From assembly GCA_002476495.1 (NCBI GenBank), contig DLKL01000049.1, positions 3,235-21,362 on the forward strand: a stretch of DNA of 18,128 nucleotides. The letters run 5' to 3'. The DNA comes from Lachnospiraceae bacterium UBA7589. Lineage in GTDB: Bacteria > Bacillota > Clostridia > Lachnospirales > Lachnospiraceae. The notes beneath the pieces were generated by a model, which had not been told where the DNA came from, did no database searches, and worked only from the letters and a program-made list of their open reading frames with translations. Position 1 is the first letter of the stretch. Each line of letters begins with the position of its first letter. Made by a program: the position numbers and the translations under genes. Shown here in pieces: positions 14,290-18,128 of this stretch.

Positions 14290-15456
14290 CTAATAGTCCA
14301 TACTGTTCTCAAGAACCGCAATATCAATGATTTCTTTCATCTTCTCTGCCGAAACATTGTTATTGATAAGTTCTACAAGCTGTGATTCTGTCAGTCCCTT
14401 TTCAATGGCACTTCTTATCTGCACAAGCTGTGCCGGAACCAGATCACCACTGGCTAACAGTTTCACAATATCCTGTCGGGACTTTTTCATAAATCCAAGC
14501 TTGCCAAGCAGCCCGGTAAACGCACCCGTATTTGCCTTTCTGACAGTTCTTTCAACCTGCACATGCTGAATCACCCTGCCATTTGCATCCACCACTGGCA
14601 ACTGGTAAAACACAGGAATCTGATAAGATCTTTCTGCAACCGGCTTTTCATCAAATACAGTCTGATTGCCTAAAGGCTCCTTACTTTCCTCCGGTTTCTC
14701 CGGGGCTTCCTGCTTGACTGTCGCACCTGCTGCTTTCTCAAGCAGCTTATCTTCCAAGGTATCAATTCGGTTCTGCATCTTCTCCATCTCCTTCTCTTTT
14801 TCATCTATCTGCTCACGAAGTCTTGCTATCGTAGCATTCGCTCTGTTTAACTGGTCCTGCTGACCGCTTAACTCTGCTTCCGTATCCTCCAGCTTCTTTA
14901 CAAGCCCTTTATGAACCTCCTCATCCTTCTTGGAATTCTCAAATACCTTGAGCTTCTTATTCAGTTCATCGTAACGCTCCTCCTGAAACTGGATTTTCTC
15001 AACCGCCTCTTCAATCTGCTTTACAAGACCTCTGACATAATCCGGTGACACATCAGCATTTGCCTGAATCTGTTTTACCTTATCAAGCATCGTCTGAAAC
15101 GATTTACGCATCGCCAGCGGATTTTCTCCTTTGGCAATTACGGTTTCGATATTCTCCATGGAGATACCCTTCTCCATAAATTCAATCGCAACCTGTATCT
15201 GATAGCCGCTCATATCATATTTGGTAAGCAGTTCAATAAAGGCTTCATCTGCCCCTTTTCTAAGGCACTGGGACAAAAGCTTCATCTGAGGAAATTTGAT
15301 CTCCCTCTTTAAGTAGAGCTTCGTCTGTTCCATTGTCAGACCATATTCAATATCCGCTTCCACAAGGTCGATTACCTCCTTGCTGTACTTTGCCGCACTT
15401 CGCAGATTATCAATATAGGTCTTATTCTTAATTGAATCTTCTAAACTTCGTTCCAT
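14290..15456 (-). CDS. Hypothetical coiled-coil protein carrying three copies of a ~40-aa helical module
   Basis: Start set to the ATG at 15456 (MERSLED), with GGAGG 5 nt upstream. A central heptad-rich region (KKLEDTEAELSGQQDQLNRANATIARLREQIDEKEKEMEKMQNRIDTLEDKL) is flanked by repeated modules (see findings). Confidence 0.65.
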   Translation of the reverse strand: MERSLEDSIKNKTYIDNLRSAAKYSKEVIDLVEADIEYGLTMEQTKLYLKREIKFPQMKLLSQCLRKGADEAFIELLTKYDMSGYQIQVAIEFMEKGISMENIETVIAKGENPLAMRKSFQTMLDKVKQIQANADVSPDYVRGLVKQIEEAVEKIQFQEERYDELNKKLKVFENSKKDEEVHKGLVKKLEDTEAELSGQQDQLNRANATIARLREQIDEKEKEMEKMQNRIDTLEDKLLEKAAGATVKQEAPEKPEESKEPLGNQTVFDEKPVAERSYQIPVFYQLPVVDANGRVIQHVQVERTVRKANTGAFTGLLGKLGFMKKSRQDIVKLLASGDLVPAQLVQIRSAIEKGLTESQLVELINNNVSAEKMKEIIDIAVLENSMDY

Positions 15457-15479
15457 AAATACCTCCAAAAAAATACAGC

Positions 15480-16925
15480 CTATCTGTTAGGCTGCTTAAT
15501 ATTCGTTCTCTCTTCGGTTTTTTCAGGGATTCTTTCCTTATCTTCGGAAAGGTTCGTATCATCGCTTACCATATCTCTCCAGATTGTCTTCGCCAGATTA
15601 AGCTCTTTTGCAGATGCCCGTTCCCTCGCAGTCACATAAGCAATCTGTTCCTTATAGTATGCCCGAAGCTTCTTAATCTCCTCATAGGAATATCCTTCAT
15701 CCAAAAGCTGCTTTGACAGCTCTGTCCACTGTGCGTGTTCTTCCGAAAAGAAGTTATCCCCATTCTGAAAACTCTTTTCCGCACCTTCTAACGAATCCAT
15801 CTGCTCTGCAATATCAAACAGACTTTTGCACCTCTGCTTTGCCCGGTACACCCGGCTTTTGTCCGCAGAGGCTTCTTTTCTTTTATCCGTCAGATTCATC
15901 ATTGCCGATGCAAGCTCCTCTACACTGTGTACATCATGCCGGACGAGAAAAAGATACTGCTGCTGAAGCTTTTCCATCTTCTTTATATCATCCTTATACT
16001 TCCATACCTGTGAGTAAGGACGCTTCTTCAGTTTCCCAATCCGGTACAGTTTTGCATAGTAGCGTTTCTGCAATCCGGTCAGTCTTGCTCTCTTATACCT
16101 TCTGACATAACACTTTACAATCTCCGGCTTAAACTCCTTATTCGACCGGTAAAAAGATAAATCTTCCTCCGCAATCCTCTGTCGTATTCTCTCCTCGGTA
16201 TAATCATCTCCCAAGGCTCTGCATCTTCTGTACCTGCCCATTCCCGGCGGCTTCACAGCAAGATGTTTTCCCTGCTTGATTTCATATCCCTTATCCCGAA
16301 GCAGTTCCATAAACTCCTCAAAGGAGCCAGCCTGTAATATACAGGCATCCAGATCCCTCGCAATCATCTTACCCCAGACAAATCTGCCATCCCGATAATC
16401 ATTGTGTTCCCTGTATCGGTCCCGCTCTTCATCCTTTGAACCTATATCAATGGTAGATAGTCCGTACTCTTCACACAAGCGGTTGGTTATGGGCTGAATA
16501 TCCCGCTCCCAGTCACCCTTCTCATACCGGTACTTTCTGCCATCCACAAAGCTGACACTATTGAATATAATGTGAGCATGAATATGATCCGTATTATCGT
16601 GAACACAATAAACTGCTTCATACTGACTGCCCAGATATTCCTTCACAAACCTCTGCGTTATCTCATAGGCGGTATCAGGACTGACCTCACCTTCCTTAAA
16701 GGAAATGATAAGATGATAGCCCTGACGCTTATCCACCTTGCCAAACGCTTTCTTGGTATCCATCATCTGTCTGAAGGCTGTATCCGGCTGACAGTTCATT
16801 CCGCTAATCAGTCTCCCGTTCTGTGTCTTCTCCGGATTCATTACATAATCCAAAGACTGTTTTAAGTGCTTGCCATGAAAATGGTTGCCACAGTCCTTCA
16901 TATAAAGAATCTTACTGATTGCCAA
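15480..16925 (-). CDS. Relaxase / mobilisation nuclease (MobA/VirD2 family, PF03432-type)
   Basis: Histidine-triad motif HDNTDHIHAHIIFNSV, with an N-terminal ISKILYMKD region containing the candidate catalytic Tyr. The C-terminal half is long and helical. A TTG start at 16925 (MAISKILY..., GGTGG upstream) is preferred. Alternatives are the ATG at 16955 (track) and the ATG at 16901. Confidence 0.9.
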   Translation of the reverse strand: MAISKILYMKDCGNHFHGKHLKQSLDYVMNPEKTQNGRLISGMNCQPDTAFRQMMDTKKAFGKVDKRQGYHLIISFKEGEVSPDTAYEITQRFVKEYLGSQYEAVYCVHDNTDHIHAHIIFNSVSFVDGRKYRYEKGDWERDIQPITNRLCEEYGLSTIDIGSKDEERDRYREHNDYRDGRFVWGKMIARDLDACILQAGSFEEFMELLRDKGYEIKQGKHLAVKPPGMGRYRRCRALGDDYTEERIRQRIAEEDLSFYRSNKEFKPEIVKCYVRRYKRARLTGLQKRYYAKLYRIGKLKKRPYSQVWKYKDDIKKMEKLQQQYLFLVRHDVHSVEELASAMMNLTDKRKEASADKSRVYRAKQRCKSLFDIAEQMDSLEGAEKSFQNGDNFFSEEHAQWTELSKQLLDEGYSYEEIKKLRAYYKEQIAYVTARERASAKELNLAKTIWRDMVSDDTNLSEDKERIPEKTEERTNIKQPNR

Positions 16926-17244
16926 CGATATCCACCACCTTTGCCACAGCAACATTCAGCTTACGCATATAGGCAATAAGCCTTTCCTTATCATCCGTGG
17001 AATAAAGCTCTGCATTGTGGTTGTGTGTAATCTGGTTGATATTGACACCTATCCGGTTTACCTCATTGATTAAATCACGAAGTAGCTGCCGGACCTCCGG
17101 ATAGTCATTCGGTTTCTGGGAAATCATAAGCCGTAGATACTGCGACTCTGTCATTCCCGCCTGCTTCGCTTTCTCCTCCAAGAGCTTTGCTTCCTCCGGT
17201 GTCATTCTAAGTAACTTACTGATACTGTGCTGCCTCCTCTCCAT
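16912..17244 (-). CDS. mobC: MobC-type relaxosome accessory protein (ribbon-helix-helix)
   Basis: ...LRMTPEEAKLLEEKAKQAGMTESQYLRLMI... followed by LINEVNRIGVNINQITH, the characteristic MobC core. The gene is directly upstream of the relaxase and overlaps it. The ATG at 17244 lies 5 nt after the upstream stop. The track start is a GTG at 17265. Confidence 0.85.
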   Translation of the reverse strand: MERRQHSISKLLRMTPEEAKLLEEKAKQAGMTESQYLRLMISQKPNDYPEVRQLLRDLINEVNRIGVNINQITHNHNAELYSTDDKERLIAYMRKLNVAVAKVVDIVGNQ

Positions 17245-17248
17245 CCAA

Positions 17249-17797
17249 TCACCTTGCCTTTCCACTAATGGCAGGCTGACGGATATCTGATACCAGCTGT
17301 TTCACAGAACTGTCTAATCCCTTTTGATTCAGATTCTGAATAAACTGATTAGCTAATTCCTCTGCCAGCTTCTCAATTCCGGCTCTGTACTTTGTCTGGT
17401 CGAATAGCTTATCCAGTACGGCTTCCTCCTGTTTCAGACTTTCATACTTGCTCTGCTTATTGGAAAAGTCCACCATATTCTTCGGATTCTGCCTCTCTGC
17501 ATCCATATCAAGAATCAGCTCATAATTCCATTCACAAACTGTATCAATCAAATCATCCACGGAAAAATCATCATCCCAGACTATCTCTCCGGGCACATCA
17601 TCCAAATCTCCACGATACAGCCTTCCCTCTGCAAAACCCACCACATAGTCATGCCCTTCCATATAGCCAAGAAGCATCTCTGCCTCTTTATCCGTCATAA
17701 CTATGGAAATCTCATTGTCCTTAATGAATGCCAGTAACTCTTCCGGCTGTCGAATCTCTGTTATGCTTACATCTCCTGTTCCCATTGCTGTAACCAC
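17249..17797 (-). CDS. Strongly acidic hypothetical protein, first gene after the non-coding repeat region
   Basis: 182-aa ORF with AAGGAGG upstream. The start is either the GTG at 17797 (1-nt spacer) or the ATG at 17785 (13-nt spacer). My hand count for the first ~110 residues is about 28 D/E against 7 K/R. Confidence 0.6.
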   Translation of the reverse strand: MVTAMGTGDVSITEIRQPEELLAFIKDNEISIVMTDKEAEMLLGYMEGHDYVVGFAEGRLYRGDLDDVPGEIVWDDDFSVDDLIDTVCEWNYELILDMDAERQNPKNMVDFSNKQSKYESLKQEEAVLDKLFDQTKYRAGIEKLAEELANQFIQNLNQKGLDSSVKQLVSDIRQPAISGKAR

Positions 17798-17876
17798 ACC
17801 TCCTTATCTGTGTTTTGAGAAACTTTTCAGGAGCCTTTAGAGTCCAGAGCAAAGCCCTGTCCTCTGCCAGATACGC

Positions 17877-17928
17877 ATTTTGGATATCCATCCAAAATAC
17901 ATCTGGTTAGGGGTGCAAAGCCCCCTAA
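17877..17928. promoter_or_regulatory. Cluster of inverted repeats upstream of the mob operon; candidate oriT or operator structures
   Basis: ATTTTGGAT (17877-17885) pairs with ATCCAAAAT (17890-17898), and this overlaps the palindrome TGGATATCCA (17881-17890). A second hairpin is TTAGGGG (17907-17913) with CCCCTAA (17922-17928). Confidence 0.3.
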
Positions 17929-17947
17929 AACCCCCAATAATATATAG

Positions 17948-18128
17948 GTGCGTCACTTTTTGACTCACCTTTTGGAAAAGTGCGTCACTTTTTGACTCAC
18001 TTTTTGATAAAGTGCGCAACTTTTTGACTCACCTTTTTTGATTCAATGTTGAGCCTGCTAAACAGGTGTGACACTTTTTGACCCACCTTTTGAAAAAGTG
18101 CGTCACTTTTTGACCTACTTTTTGCAAA
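17948..18128. repeat. Iteron-like array of at least five 32-bp direct repeats, cut by the window end
   Basis: R1 17948-17979 GTGCGTCACTTTTTGACTCACCTTTTGGAAAA. R2 17980-18011 GTGCGTCACTTTTTGACTCACTTTTTGATAAA. R3 18012-18043 GTGCGCAACTTTTTGACTCACCTTTTTTGATT. A 22-bp gap follows. R4 18066-18097 GTGTGACACTTTTTGACCCACCTTTTGAAAAA. R5 18098-18128 GTGCGTCACTTTTTGACCTACTTTTTGCAAA. Confidence 0.85.

Larger units (their letters stand above)
1..18128 (-). mobile_element. Segment of a Firmicutes-type (MPF-FA-like) conjugative element, ICE or conjugative plasmid; neither end of the element is inside the window
   Basis: Co-oriented MobC, relaxase, PcfB, VirD4, VirB6-like, PrgI-like and VirB4 genes with short gaps or overlapping stop/start codons. 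No att sites or terminal repeats were recognised. Confidence 0.8.

Noticed and set aside
1147-17700. All other plus-strand ORFs in the track (for example 1147-1338, 2788-3099, 3373-3627, 4396-4698, 5416-5742, 6019-6384, 8625-9011, 9397-9960, 15713-16105, 17392-17700)
   Set aside because: Each lies entirely antisense to a minus-strand gene with recognisable family motifs. Their products are Ser/Leu/Phe/Pro-rich with no motifs, and none has a convincing RBS. I treat them as frame shadows.
17837-18019. 60-aa minus-strand ORF
   Set aside because: It runs through the iteron array and the palindromic non-coding region, has no RBS, and its frame is a by-product of the repeats.
17948-18128. Possibility that the 32-bp repeats are a CRISPR array
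   Set aside because: The units are directly contiguous (R1-R2-R3 and R4-R5) with no unique spacers of comparable length, and the copies are degenerate. This is an iteron or binding-site array, not CRISPR.
1-18128. Element ends, att sites or an element-level integrase
   Set aside because: No terminal direct or inverted repeats and no tRNA or other typical integration target are present in the window. The one recombinase is embedded in the cargo. Whether the element is an ICE or a plasmid cannot be decided from this window.

Overview
All credible genes in this 18.1-kb window are on the minus strand. About 12 kb (5620-17797) is the transfer module of a Firmicutes-type conjugative element, either an ICE or a conjugative plasmid. 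Its gene content resembles Tn1549 and C. difficile CTn-like elements. In minus-strand order the module holds an acidic ORF, MobC, a MobA/VirD2-type relaxase, two uncharacterised ORFs, an extended PcfB, the VirD4 coupling ATPase, a VirB2/Maff2-like small membrane protein, a VirB6/TrbL-like protein, a DUF4313-like ORF, a PrgI/VirB3-like protein and the VirB4 ATPase. Between virB4 and the next backbone gene (partial, 1-530), the T4SS gene string is interrupted by a roughly 5-kb, visibly AT-richer, co-oriented cargo block (about 551-5619). The cargo encodes a small Cys-containing ORF, a membrane-anchored beta-lactamase-fold serine hydrolase, a tyrosine recombinase whose RBS sits in a hairpin, a Phd/YefM-RelE/ParE toxin-antitoxin pair, and a translationally coupled pair made of a membrane-tethered MerR regulator with a C-terminal zinc ribbon and a CPBP (Abi/CAAX) intramembrane protease. 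The MerR-CPBP pair is my best candidate for an undescribed system. At the right edge, an array of at least five 32-bp iteron-like direct repeats runs off the window. Palindromes next to it may belong to oriT or oriV. No rRNA, tRNA or CRISPR array is present. All family assignments rest on motifs read by eye from the translations. No database search was possible.
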